From contig NW_025767412.1 in assembly GCF_003918875.1 (NCBI RefSeq), positions 744,001 to 808,000 on the forward strand: 64,000 bases of DNA, written 5' to 3'. Positions 51,026-63,357 of this stretch are shown piece after piece (the stretch's first letter is position 1; each line of letters opens with the position of its first letter). The stretch comes from Haliotis rubra (Eukaryota). The position numbers were made by a program, and so were the translations under genes. Below the pieces are notes generated by a model. It was not told the origin of the DNA and did not search any database. It saw nothing but the letters and a program-made list of their open reading frames with translations.

Positions 51026-52063
51026 TCAAGAACTGTCATCAACAAAGGAACGGAGTCGGAATCGAACTTCGTCATTCAAGCGATGCTCATGGTTCTGTGT
51101 AATAAGGAGCAGGCCTTCCTCCAGTTCCTCCAGGGAACTGTCTTCAACAGGTTCTATTGTTGGTGGGATCCACGGATCCATGTCGGCATCCTGTCTTTCT
51201 TGTGCTACCTCAAGAGGGTGTCCACCTAATTGCCCTGTAGCGCCCAATCTGCCCAGTAAATTTCTTGACTTCAACCCTGTCTTCGCCTCGTCCACCAAGT
51301 TCCTCAAGTACCATCCCATTCCACCCCTGCTCACCCAAGTCCTTGAGCTCACCGGCATATGCTCCCTGCCCATCCAAGTCCTCAAACACTTCTGTTTGTC
51401 CACCCAGATCTTGAAAATCCACCATTTGTCTATCCAGCGCACCAATGTCCTGCACAGCAACCACATGCGAGTCCTGAAACAGCCCCGCGCCTGGATTCCT
51501 AGTCACTGAACAGCTAGATCTACCACAGCACTTCGAAGCTTTCTCAATGGAAGACATCAGATCTTTAGCCTCTGGCCTCGTCGTTAACCACTTCCTCATA
51601 CTGTGTTCTGCCGCAAGGTCTCCAAGTTTATGTATACGACAGATGAGGTCGGACATATGTCCAGGGATGGTAAACACGTGGTTGTTTGGGGATTGTATCA
51701 CATACTGGTTTTCAGTGAAGGCCAGCCGCACCATCACCACCCTATCACTGTAGGCCTCCAGTAGCCTGTCTATCACACGACCCATGTCACCAGCAGTCTG
51801 GGTGATTGGGTCCTGGATTTGGGGTAACTTGGATCGATGCAAGTCCAAGGACGTAAATACATCCTTTGAACTGACCAAAAGAACAACATATATAGTTTCC
51901 AGCTGTGTATCGATATCTTTGGCACGGTCGACTTGACGGACCCTGCATTTGAACGATGTCTCCAAACATCTCGAGAGTGATTCAACAACTTCTAGATGAC
52001 ACTCGCAATCTTCTGAGTACAACAAGAATATGTTCTTGACTGTCGTTCTCCTCAGCTCGCTCC
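51026..52063 (-). CDS. IL17R: IL-17 receptor-like gene, last exon: SEFIR domain and C-terminal tail (as assembled stops at 51210; with one base removed near 51243 it ends at 51026)
   Basis: ccttag|WSELRRTTVKNIFLLYSEDCECHLEVVESLSRCLETSFKCRV...VVLLVSS...VVMVRL...FTIPGHMSDLICRIH...PEAKDLMSSIEKA. Matches SEFIR box 1 (KVxxxYSxDxxxHxxVVxxLAxxL) and the F.LP..L..L...LH C-terminal motif. Confidence 0.85.
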
Positions 52064-52484
52064 CTAAGGTAGAAAATACCTTTGATAAGTAAAGGGTTTC
52101 AGGTTTTGCGATTACACTCAAAGTCAGAATACAATATTGCTAAAGGTACCGAAACCTGAAAGTTCGATTTTATCAACTACTGTCACTTTGTGTCTTTAAT
52201 CTGTAAACTGCCCCTCTTGAAACTGTCAAATTGTGAACAAGCCTATGATTGGAAATTAAAAAATTTTAAAACTGAGGTTGGAAGTTATGTTGGAAATTTA
52301 ACAATGATGTAAATGTATGTTTCTGCAACAACTGATTCAGAGCCCCAATACATATTCTGGATTGTACCCAATGGTTCTGTGTTTGTTTCGGTGAACACTT
52401 GACTTGCTTAATGATAGGAAAAGTGCGACACATAAACATATATCATGAAGTATATAACAGATTACGAAAACACTGTATACTTAC

Positions 52485-52556
52485 AGAATTCCACATCAGA
52501 CTCCGCGTCAATGTCTGTGTTGTGTGCAGTAGGGTACTGCAGGAGCTCGTAGTTAC
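52485..52556 (-). CDS. IL17R: IL-17 receptor-like gene, juxtamembrane exon
   Basis: tttccacag|GNYELLQYPTAHNTDIDAESDVEF+T|gtaagt; phase 1 to 1. Confidence 0.82.
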
Positions 52557-52883
52557 CTGTGGAAACAATAGAGTAGGAAGGTCTTTATGCCAACATTCCG
52601 GAATATTTCGTATCACGGCTACCTGAAAACTGACATTTCAGTCCAAAACTTTTACTGATCTCAAACTCCAGTATGAAGCAGAATTTGTAATTTTGTCAAA
52701 CAACTAAAAAACTAGAAATAGATATATTTCAGGTTCCATCTTTTCAGGTAAATACATTTTCAATTTTTATTTGTTTGTTGCTGGCTTTGTAAACAGGATC
52801 ATTCCATTACTACAGCTACCGCTAACATTGTGACCAGCCGATATTCATGTGGGCCTCCTGTCAAAGCAAAGACCTTGTAACCT

Positions 52884-53073
52884 TACAGAGCAAACTTCTT
52901 TATTTCGTGAGCGCGATGTTTCGGTACAGATTCTTGTATCGTTGTCAAGCAGGAATGACGACGTTACAAGAATCTGTGTCGAAACGTCGCGCTCACGAAA
53001 TAAAGACGTTGTTATCCATAAAGTTTGTTCTATATCGTACGTCTCAACTTCTAAATCACCACTCAAACAAGCT
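52884..53073 (+). mobile_element. Small Penelope-type insertion, head-to-head palindrome with hammerhead-like cores, in an IL17R-like intron
   Basis: TSD ACCTTGTA(A/G)CCT (52872-52883, 53074-53085); inverted arms of about 55 bp at 52893-52947 and 52956-53010. Confidence 0.7.
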
Positions 53074-54583
53074 ACCTTGTAGCCTGCCTTGAAAGTGAGT
53101 GAGTGAGTTTATTGCTACACTGGTTCACGGAGGCCTACAAATACTCGATCTCTTTATATATTAGATGTGTGAATATTGTGAACACATACAAGACGTATTT
53201 ATATCTAAACATGTTTAGGAATGTGTTAAAATAACCCCCCAAAAAACACGTTTAGGATATAATATATGGAATGGGCTATCGTCTCACAGATTAAACCGCA
53301 CCCAAACACAATATCGCCATAACCTAAACATGTGTACGGTTTCAAATGTTAAAAAGGGTGAGTTTAGCTCTGTGCTGCTGTTAGCAATATTCCAGCAATA
53401 TTACGTCGGGGGACACCAGAAATGGGCTTCACACATTGTACCCATGAATGTCATCTGTGGCCGACAAGGGAGTATGATTGCCGATGATTTTGGAGAAAGT
53501 GCCTGCTTGCTGTCGAGTAAATGATATGTAGATGTTGCAATCAGTTTTTAGACCCGTGGAATGTGGCCGCTGATCGAATCTAGCCCTACATAGGTGCTGT
53601 CAACGTGGCTGGAATTAATAAACTAATTTAAAAGGTGAGTTTTCGCTGTCTTGGCTGATCCATGATTTTGGCTTAGAATTATGGAGGTAGCTGTTTTCGG
53701 TGAGTTGTGGCGTATAACTTTTGAAATAATGATCCGATTGTGACCATTTACAGCTCATTTTGTAGGGAAATCATCTAGCTTTCGATTCGTAGGCCTCGGC
53801 GGGGCCTTAGAATATTTTATGTGGTGAAATCTAACTTTGATTGAGGAGAGGGTGGTTTCGTTGTTACATCCCTTTCCTTTTATATAGTAATAGGGTAGGG
53901 TCTACACACCTATATGTCTTTCTAACGCTGTTTCAAAGCGAGACACGCCCCTATGAGACAGATGGTAGAGTGATAGACAAGAAAGGGAGGAGTTTATAGG
54001 TTCGTAACCAGTCCAGTTTTTCAAAGTGTTGCGTTCATGAATGTGTTGTTTTATAAATAATAGTATTTCTCTCTCACACACAGGATACGGGAAGTGGCCA
54101 TGAAAGTATATATTGCTTTGATAGACCCTTAACTTATTAAATCGCCCTACCCTTTTTAATAAAAATTAAGAACAAAAAACCCTAAAACAACAATAACCAC
54201 CACCAACAAACCACGAAATAAAAACAAAAGCATATAAAGCGTCCCTTTTTCATGTTTCCAGCAATGTATTTCATGGGGTTATAGTTATAACGGTATATCT
54301 ACCTTAACACGTTTGGTTGTTAAACACCATCCTTATCATATTAGAGCTCAACATATGAAAACTGTGGTTTGTGTTAAGGGTCTACAGTTTCAGATTGTTG
54401 GTCAGGCGAACATGGAACTATAAAGCAATAGGTAAGGAGATCGGGTGTCGATACATGGGTCGCTATCTCAGCCCGATAACCAAATCATTGTTAATCATCT
54501 CGTACCACATGAAGTAATGGAGACACCATATCGGCTCCATATTGAGGCCATACCTTGTGTGCGTCGGCATTCTGTCTTAAAGA

Positions 54584-54842
54584 TCAGGACCCGATTTCTC
54601 GAAACAAACTTAAGTCTGAGTTTTGACTCAAATTTGAGAAAACGCAGGAAAATGCATTTCCCAGAATAAACTGAAATCAATATTAAACTCAAACTTAGTA
54701 GACAATTTGAGTTTGGTGGATAGTTTGGGCTTTTTTTATTTTAAAAATGCAGTTGAGTTAAAAATTCAGCTGTTTCAAATTGTCAAACTCAGTTTGAAAT
54801 TTGAGTAAAAACTTAAGTTTGTTTCGAGAAATCGGGGCCTGA
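54584..54842. mobile_element. MITE with TIRs of about 30 bp (PIF/Harbinger-like ends)
   Basis: TCAGGACCCGATTTCTCGAAACAAACTTAAG ... CTTAAGTTTGTTTCGAGAAATCGGGGCCTGA. Confidence 0.8.
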
Positions 54843-56152
54843 CCTTTCAACATCACATTCAGGTGTAAGTTTTTTATTTACTCTTGTAAAATTAGGTCAC
54901 ATTGACATTCGTCTGAAATATTGGACGAGAAATTAGAAACTATATGGTTCGTTATGGAGAGCTAACTAAAGGTTATTAGTGATTCGATTCGATTGAAGTG
55001 ACGTGAATTTCGTGAATGTTTCTCTTATATCTGTTGTCATTTCCGCAGCATAATGGGAACCATAAACTATCATCATCCCATTTCATATATCGTATTACCC
55101 CTGTAACCTTTATCAATGAGATCTTTCTACAGAACGGTCGCTAGAGATGAGAAATCGAATCATCTCGAATCTTCCTCCGCCGTGAGACGATCCAATAACA
55201 CGTAATGACAAATGGCGTCTAGACCAATTTTAGTCCGTGGCTGTCTTTTCATCAAATTATGATGTTGAAATGACAAGGACACGTATATTCAATTGTCAGG
55301 CCTAAATCTAAACAGAGAAACATCGATTACGATCATCGCTATTGTGGAGACGACATGTAAATCCACGCCTCCATGGTATCGCGACGAACGAGACTGGGCG
55401 AGATTTGTTTCTTACTTAACCTAGTGTAATCTAACCCGATCAACGTGTCTCGTCTGATGTAGAATACATGACCCCTGTGTTTCATTTCGAGAGGATCGAC
55501 TTTGAGCAAGAAATGGATGGTCTGAGGCACAACAGGTGTCAGAGTTGTTTCCCCTTCATGAGGGTGGATATGGCCTCAGGTCCTCAACGTACTCTGAAAA
55601 TGATACAAGGTGTGCCCATCATACCCGGGCTCGTAGTGAACACTTTTTATCATATATTGATAGGTCTGGCAAAAGAAAAGGTGGCAAAATCGGCGTTTAA
55701 GCTTAAACTAACCCCTCTTCTCATATCAATTTTAAAATGTTTGGGAGGATTTATACATTATTTCAACGTTCATGGATTACCACAAAGTGTCCAGAGGTTG
55801 GATTTCGAACATATAATCAACGAACGCAGCCACAATTCCGACACAATAAGCTCCATCTGAGTGAGAGACTGAGTTCGATTTAATGCTACTTGAACAGCAG
55901 TGCACATCAACTTGATGGGGGACAAAAGGCCCAAGTAAAGTAGGGTTGGGGGTCTCTGATGCCCATCACCTTCTGGAAACCCACGAACACGGGTGCGGTG
56001 CTGGCAAACCTAGAAACATAATCGAGCCACCGGGATTCGAGCCCAGACTCCAACGTTAACGGGGTACCAAAGGGACGCAACTCTATAATGAGGCGCTATT
56101 GATTAATTAATAATGCGAGCTTCTGCATAAACGATTGTGACACATGCCATAC

Positions 56153-56362
56153 CATTTGTCGGTGGTGAGTACCAACATCGTCTCCGTCTGACACGCTTCC
56201 AAATGAAAGCTATCCCTGCCGCCAACCCAAGGAGTGACGCTAGAACTGATACCAGGATGACGTTGACACCATGTCTGTCCTTGACCTTTGGCGTGTTGGA
56301 TGAAAGCGATGCTGATTCAAGTAACGACAATGCGACTGGGTCACGTGAAGGGCTTTTTAGAG
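56153..56362 (-). CDS. IL17R: IL-17 receptor-like gene, stalk plus transmembrane exon
   Basis: aacccag|ALKSPSRDP...RHGVNVILVSVLASLLGLAAGIAFIWKRVRRRRCWYSPPTN+G|gtatgg; a hydrophobic helix of about 22 aa followed by a basic stop-transfer cluster; phase 1 to 1. Confidence 0.88.
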
Positions 56363-56529
56363 CTGGGTTGAATGATGAAAAAACGAAACATTATGACAAC
56401 AGATCAACATAGGCATGTATGGCAAGCCGACTTATACCCAGATGTCTGACCACCAGAAGGATGTCACGACATTTTCAATCAGAATATGGGTCTCGCTAAA
56501 TCAGGGTGGGAGGAAATGGGTCTATGCAG

Positions 56530-56825
56530 GTGCTGATGTGGGTGTGGATGCGGGTGTGGGTGTGGATGGGTGAAAGTGGGTGCGGGTACGGGTGTAGGTG
56601 TAAGTGCGGGTATGGGCGTACGTGGGTGTCGGCGCGGGTGTGGATGGGTGCGGTGTAGGCGTGGATGGGTGTTAGTGCGGGTGTGGATGGGTGCGGGTGT
56701 AGGCGTGGATGGGTGTTAGTATGGGTCTAGATGATTTTAGATGTGGTTGTTGGTGGGTGCGGGTCAGGGTAGGTGTGTGGGGTCCGGGTCTAGGTATGGG
56801 TGGTGGGTTGATGGGATGGGTAGGT
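56530..56825. repeat. GT-rich degenerate minisatellite (GGGTGT/GGATGG units)
   Basis: Directly visible. Confidence 0.85.
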
Positions 56826-57004
56826 ACCCTCAGGATCCCCCAGCAGCTGTAGCTAATCAATATGCCGAGGCAAAACGTCAACAGTATAACAACAATGCCT
56901 ATGTTGGGAATCGAACCCGGGTCTTCGGCGTGACGAGCAAACGCTTTAACCACAAGGCTACCCCATGTAATAACTAGATATATATACTTAATATACTTGG
57001 TCTA

Positions 57005-57173
57005 GCCTGACTGATTGAGTTTGGTTTTACGCCGCTTTTAGCAATATTCCAGCAACATCACGGCGGAGGACACCAGAAATGGGCTTCACACATTGTACCC
57101 ATGTGGGGATTCGAACACGGATCTTCGGCGTACGGAGCCAACGCTTTAACCACAAGGCTACCCCACCGCTCCC
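57005..57173 (-). mobile_element. Family A tRNA-derived SINE, full length (a second partial head at 56900-56965)
   Basis: TSD ACTTGGTCTA (56995-57004, 57174-57183). Confidence 0.9.
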
Positions 57174-57232
57174 ACTTGGTCTAAAACAGGTCTACGGAGC
57201 AATTAGAGATTGAAACATGAAGTTACGTATAC

Positions 57233-57290
57233 CTGGCACAAAGCGATGCACTCTGTACACCTGTCTGTAAGCGTTGGGCACAGGGATGAT
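57233..57290 (-). CDS. IL17R: IL-17 receptor-like gene, ectodomain exon
   Basis: gaatgtag|IIPVPNAYRQVYRVHRFVP+G|gtatac; joins the previous exon to give YRIQIIP (FN3 F-strand-like); phase 0 to 1. Confidence 0.78.
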
Positions 57291-57431
57291 CTACATTCAA
57301 AACAAAAACAGCGGCTTAATCAGAATAATGTTTTCGTGGTTACAATATACATTAACATTTAACAGTAAACACCCCTAATCTGATCTGGTAAAATCATTTG
57401 CAGAGAACGCGGAAGTCACAAGTGGACTTAC

Positions 57432-57488
57432 CTGTATACGATATGTTGCACAGGTTTTACTGAACTGGAATATTCCCGTCTTTGTTCC
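57432..57488 (-). CDS. IL17R: IL-17 receptor-like gene, ectodomain exon
   Basis: ttgttgtag|GTKTGIFQFSKTCATYRIQ|gtaagt; 57 nt, phase 0 to 0. Confidence 0.78.
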
Positions 57489-58091
57489 CTACAACAAAGG
57501 CTACTGAAGTTGAATGCCACAAGTGATAATTCGTGTAGACAAACATATATGGTTACAGAAAGTATAACCTCTGTGACTAACTGGCTGGAATTATTAGCAA
57601 TATTATATGAAATTAAAACTTTAATAAAAATGGAATCTGTTGGTAAATGCACAACGATTTCAACCATTAACGCAGACGTGCCGACAGCATTTCAAAGAAT
57701 CTGATAGAAAATTTCCGAAAAATCACCGAAAGTAAGTTAAAGTAGCGAACAACAGATAAGACACATCCCACCCCCAAATCAAAACAAAACTATAGCAACT
57801 ATAAAATCGAACTATAGCAAACACAAGAAAATCAGAACAAAAACATAAATGAATACATAAATAAATAATAAATAGAACAATAAGTAAAACATGTAAAAAC
57901 ACATAAAATCAAAACAAAAACAATAAAAATAAATAAATAAATAAATAAATAATAAATAAAACAACTAGAAAAACCCCTAAAAAAACCCCTAAAAAAATGC
58001 CAACTCCCCAAAATACCAACATACACACACCTACGCACTCTCACAAAACAGGATTTAGTTATACAACAACCAAAAACACAATAATATGCAC

Positions 58092-58291
58092 CTGTCTCAG
58101 CGAACGAAACTTGCTACATTGGTACCCTGATCGTCGTTGGGTGCCTTCCTGAAGATGTGTTTTCAGGCAAACTTGCACCATGTGTCGGGTTGCATTTGGG
58201 AGAGGGTGGAAGCTCAGTTGCAGGCTGTCGTTGCCAGGCAACGCCATAGACAGAAGGTAGTTCCAGAAGGCAGGTGTGAGCTGGAGGGAAT
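58092..58291 (-). CDS. IL17R: IL-17 receptor-like gene, second FN3-like domain exon
   Basis: aatcag|DSLQLTPAFWNYLLSMALPGNDSLQLSFHPLPNATRHMVQVCLKTHLQEGTQRRSGYQCSKFRSLRQ|gtgcat; phase 1 to 0; N-glycosylation sequons NDS and NAT. Confidence 0.75.
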
Positions 58292-58685
58292 CTGATTCAG
58301 ATGTTCATGAGGAGGAAACGTTCGATATATATATATGCTTACTCCCAACTGCATACAATATTGATTAAACTAAAATCTCGGGAACGCATCATGAATTATT
58401 TTCTGTGATACCTTTGTTTGTAACGAGAAGTTGACTTTAGTTTCATAACACACAGCAAACAAGTTTTCCAAATCCTGTTATTGTTTGTTTGTATTTATAA
58501 CTAACACTTCGTCAGATTTGGAATAAAATATGTCACACAAGTGTAAGGTGTTTAATTGTAGACTGGGACACCAGTGACTCAGGCGTTGCGGCACCTCGAT
58601 TCGTAGTACAAGGTTATATCATGAAACTAATACAGAGTGACCGAATAAGGATTGTCATTATTCTACATCCTACCAGTGCTCGTGG

Positions 58686-58920
58686 AACCCGTGAAGACCC
58701 AGGTTAGAATTGGTTTTCAGTAACCCATGCTTGTCGTAAGAGGGGACTATTGGGATAGGATCGTCAGGCTCGAAGACTGGGTTGACACATGTCATCGCAT
58801 CCCAAATGCGTAGATCGATGCTCATGCAGCTGATCACTGAATTGTCTGGTCCAGACTCGATTATCTACAGACCGCCGCCATATAGCTGGAACATTTCGTT
58901 AAACAAACCAGCCAACAACC
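58686..58920 (+). mobile_element. Family B retroposon, full length
   Basis: TSD GTGCTCGT(G/A)G; head AACCCGTGAAGACCCAGGTTAGAATTGG, TGTCGTAAGAGG, GGTCCAGACTCGATTAT, GCCATATAGCTGGAA. Confidence 0.85.
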
Positions 58921-59044
58921 CATCGTGCTCGTAGGTTTCCTCATGGGTCAGTTGTCCCACATTAAGCTGTCACGCCGTGATATAACAGAAATACTGGTCC
59001 AGCGACGTTAAGCCTTACACAATCACTCACTAATTTGTAAATAC

Positions 59045-59171
59045 CTGTGGCGTAAAAGGTGACCTTCGCTTGTCTGAGGAAGCATGGCTCCTTGTTCCCC
59101 AGCCACGTGTTGACGTAGACAGTGATGTCTTTACTGTTACGGAACGTCGATGACGTCACGCGGAGTTCAAT
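59045..59171 (-). CDS. IL17R: IL-17 receptor-like gene, ectodomain exon
   Basis: attgcag|IELRVTSSTFRNSKDITVYVNTWLGNKEPCFLRQAKVTFYAT+G|gtattt; phase 0 to 1. Confidence 0.8.
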
Positions 59172-61132
59172 CTGCAATATACGCGCACACTGTTTCATTG
59201 TTTGAAAGTATGCACTCATAATTAATCGGAGAATTCAATTTCAAAAGTAACATATAAGTGATCACTGATATTTGTTTTTCATCAAATCACGAGTGGTAAT
59301 TCTGAAACGTCGATAAACCTAGAACCCGCCATATGGGATAGTGTTTACACAATAAATTCGGGAAGGCAAGTCATGAGAAATTGATTACATCAGGTATATT
59401 CCTCAGCTGCGACACACACATCACTGAATTCCGTTCTGTTATTTTCTCCCAAAACTAATCCTTATTTACATTTAGCCTTATCTTGCCTCACACATAAATG
59501 TCGTTTTCTGATTGTGTGTGCGCTCTTCTATTATATTCAATGTACCCCGCTTACAAGCGAGTAACGTTTTCTAAGTACCCCGTTGGGAATGCCGAACGCA
59601 TTTGGTACTTCGCAGTAGTAATTCTTTATCTCGAATAACATTGAATCACGTATGATCTACGGAAATTACCGATGTTGTGCGAATGCAAATCGATGGAAGG
59701 GAGATAACTCTTAATTTGTTTTTCTTGTCGTCTTGTCCTCCATACTATGATCTGATACCTGTGCTTCAAACTGTTCAAAATTACCATTGAGGTGTTCGGT
59801 AAGATATATAAGTTGTTCACTTGTCTCGAGGGGCACATGGGCTGATGTACCCTCGGTGATTGTTTATGTACCCTGAGCCCGAAGTAGATACAGGCTGTAC
59901 GTTTTTTAATATTTTGAATGTTTCGGTTTGTTTGAATTTACATAAGAAATTAACACATTTAGCGTAGTACACCATATGATTAACATTTACTCAAGTGTTA
60001 GAAGATTACACGTAGGCATAACTGCAACATGTAATGTTTGTTCTTATGATGTGCAATATTCAATATTAGGACCAATAGTGTAATTTCAAATGAAGTGTTA
60101 ATGAACAGCGGTTTAGTTTAACCTTACAAGTATAATTAATTAATTTATTCTATAAAATGTATATATACACATTGTAAAGGAATTGTTTTGTTCATTGGAT
60201 TTGTTGAAATTTACTCTTTTTAACGCATAACACAATTTCGGACAATACTTCGCAGTGTATATTTTTCTAACTGCCTAAGTATTGGCACTGGAGTAATTTG
60301 ATAGTCGTAGGTAAATCAAGGGCCGCACGAACGCAATTTTCAAGTCTTCGGAAAATGTGCATCAGAAAGAAACTCTTCATCTATGGGGTCACACTCCAGC
60401 GCAGCGATGACTTAGCATAACATCACTGCCACAGGCTAATTTGCATATCACATGACCGGACATTTCTCTTGTTTGTAAACAAACGCGCATATTCGTAAAT
60501 ATAAGAAGAGTCTGGCCTAACGCAAACTTTTCTGTACGCTTTTTCAGAATGTTCTATATTGTTACATAAATATTCTTCTACAACAGCGACGGTAAGGTTT
60601 ATGACAATACCTATTTATGTATCAAACGGGCTGCATCGTGTGCTCTTCGTTGGGCTTCGTTGACAGCACGTGTAGCCGTACAACCCATGTAAACGCAGAT
60701 CGAAATAGTGTTACACGTTTTAGGATATTTTCTCAGTGAAACTAAACCAGATATCAAAGATGTTCAGTTAGATGTGTAGACTCGTCAAACATAAAAGAGT
60801 TAAGAAATATGTTGTAAAATTTTGAATGGACTGTGTAAGATGCGGTTATATTGGCAGAGCTAGCCAAGCGGCTCCCTTTGTGCGTGTAACCTTGCGATAT
60901 GCGAGACGGGGCCCAGCTTAAGGGGTAAAATAGCCAGATGAAACCATGCAGTCATCAATGTGAACAAGGTCAGTTATGACGAGACAAGCAGATGACGTCA
61001 TGTGACGTTACTGTAACGTCATTCTGTCGTAATAGAGGCATACATATGTAATTTACCGCAATTTATGCCAGACCGCTGTGGGTTAAAAGTAGCTGTGTTT
61101 TATTCCGTATTCTAATTTCATCACTTACTGAC

Positions 61133-61254
61133 CTTAGTGATCTGGCTTGTGTCGGTGACCTTGACGACAAACATACAGGGGAACGGCACAGATGCTTTTC
61201 CTGGCTTGTGATTGTCCCAAGTTAACAGATAAACTTCGAACACGCTAACAGCAA
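61133..61254 (-). CDS. IL17R: IL-17 receptor-like gene, ectodomain exon
   Basis: tatccccag|VAVSVFEVYLLTWDNHKPGKASVPFPCMFVVKVTDTSQITK|gtcagt; phase 1 to 0. Confidence 0.8.
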
Positions 61255-61351
61255 CTGGGGATAGAAAAAACCCAGATTATTACAACTTCAGACAGAGATT
61301 AAAAGAAGAAAAGACGTGAAAATTATACGAATGGGCCACTGAAACTGGTTC

Positions 61352-61425
61352 ACTCCCAAAAGACAGACCTCCCATAAGACAGACCTCCCAAAAGACAGAC
61401 CACCCAAAAGACAGACCACCCAAAA
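61352..61425. repeat. 16-bp tandem repeat AAGACAGACC(T/A)CCCA(T/A), about 4 copies
   Basis: Directly visible. Confidence 0.9.
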
Positions 61426-62840
61426 AGAGATTAACAGTTACGGGTCAGTGATTGTGCAGGGTGAATTTGTTACCCCTCATTTTGTTGTGACATAAGGTCA
61501 CCCAGCACTCCAATCAGGGCCAAGCAGAGCAATCTCATGACCACCGGTGAGCATGTTTCACAAGATATACTAAGTGAACTATATTTATATCGTTTGTTAC
61601 AAATTTGATTTTAATTGAGTGAACTATGCCAATGACAAATGTTATAAAGTATGGAGATTTCCTTGTTTCTCCATTACACTATGGCAAACGTTCAAGTAAA
61701 CACTTGTTTCATTCCCAATGGCCGCGGCGGTCGGCACTTGGTCTACAGGGGCTGTAAGTTCAGTATCAAGAACTGGAGGATGGATGGAGTGTGATCATGG
61801 CCGTGAAATGTGGAACCGTTTCAGAACGGAAGGTGCTAGGACAACAAATCATGTAGTGGGGTGGCATCGTAAAGTGAGTGATGTGTGATGTGATGTGTCA
61901 CCCCAACTTTTAAAGAAAATACATTGACTCAGTATCATATTTAACTGGATATTAAGTGTGAAATGTGTGCTGTGAAATATTGATGTAATATGTGATATGC
62001 ATGATGTTGATGTTGTATTAAGTTGTATAACTGGATAACTTGTATAACTGGATAACTTGTATATATAATAAAAAATATAGACACACATTGAGTCAAAAGT
62101 AGTAGTATTGTATCCCATTTGGTCCCGGAAACTATTTCACAGGGAACAAAATAAGGGATTAAAGGGGATTATCACACCCCAGTGATTTCTTCTACCGAAA
62201 CAATAGGAGTTGGGTAAGTGGGCAGACCCCGATATATATCCTGAAACTTGATACTGAAAATGTGAACTGTTTGATCTCAAGTTACTACTGATATCAAATG
62301 TGCTCAATTCTGTTGCCGTCATTTATAGCTCATCTAAACTGAGCGACCAAAAAGGTATATACCGACTTTATTTTATATGTTATTGAAAATTTGAAAAACT
62401 GTGAAATATATTCTTGCTGTTAAACATCACACATTCCGTCAACAAGCTGTGAAAGGTTGCCTGTCGCCAGGAGATTTGGAATAAAATATGTTGGCTACAT
62501 AAAGACAGGCCACAAAGGGATGTGACTCATGTCATATTTCAAACGTTGTAAATTGGTGCAAGAAATAGCAAATTTGGTGATTTTCAAAATTACAATGTTT
62601 GCGTAATCAGCGAATTTGTTTCAATTTTTCAACGTTTTAACTGATTATTTTTTTAAACATAAAAAAACTCTAGAAGTATTCTTTAAATACTGACTAAGCA
62701 CCAGTATAGTTTAATCAAAACAATATCCATAAGTTTAGATATCTTCAGCTGAAAGTCAGACACAGGATGCATGCATCTGGGCGGTTTTGATTCTTTGGGC
62801 TCTCAGATTGTATCCCCGCTGTGTGTAACAACAAACATTT

Positions 62841-63003
62841 TGAGTGAGTGAGTATAGTTTTACGCTTTTAGCTAAATTACAGCAGTATCTCGGTGGGGAA
62901 CACCTGAAATGGGCTTTACACATTGTACCCATGTGTGGAATCGAACTCGGGTCTTCATCGTGACGAGCGGACGCTTTAATCATTAGGCTACCCCACCGAC
63001 CCC
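62841..63003 (-). mobile_element. Family A SINE
   Basis: Full-length minus-strand copy in an IL17R-like intron. Confidence 0.87.
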
Positions 63004-63357
63004 AATATTTGACACGACATGTCGACCCACGATGTCCCAAAATCTGTCTCGTTACATATAACCACGCAGCTCCCTCTGTATTCAGCTGTGACGACAGGCA
63101 GGGTTTATGTGGGACATATGTCACGCCCAAGGACTCCCTCAATTACGTTATTGGCGGTTTTATGGATCAATATGTTGGCTATCGATGTATTCATATGTGA
63201 AATTCATTTTATGTGAAACGGTTGAAATTGTAAAATGTTTCAGTGTGAAAGAGGATACCTGTTTTTTAACCAATCAGCATCAAGCATTCTTAACCAATCA
63301 GAGTCAAGCATTCTTAACGGAAGCTTGACTATGAAACCTTCAACAATGTGTCCCTAC

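Noticed and set aside
50910-51509. 199-aa plus-strand ORF
   Set aside because: Antisense shadow of the IL17R-like last exon; no recognisable domain.
55339-55860. ORFs and the cttttgccag acceptor in the intron after the TM exon
   Set aside because: The required phase-1 frame reaches a stop after about 15 codons; the TM exon splices in frame to 52556.
59626-59880. ORF MCPSRQVNNLYILPN... as an IL17R-like exon
   Set aside because: No good acceptor; the flanking exons (61133 and 59171) already join in phase; the sequence looks repeat-derived.
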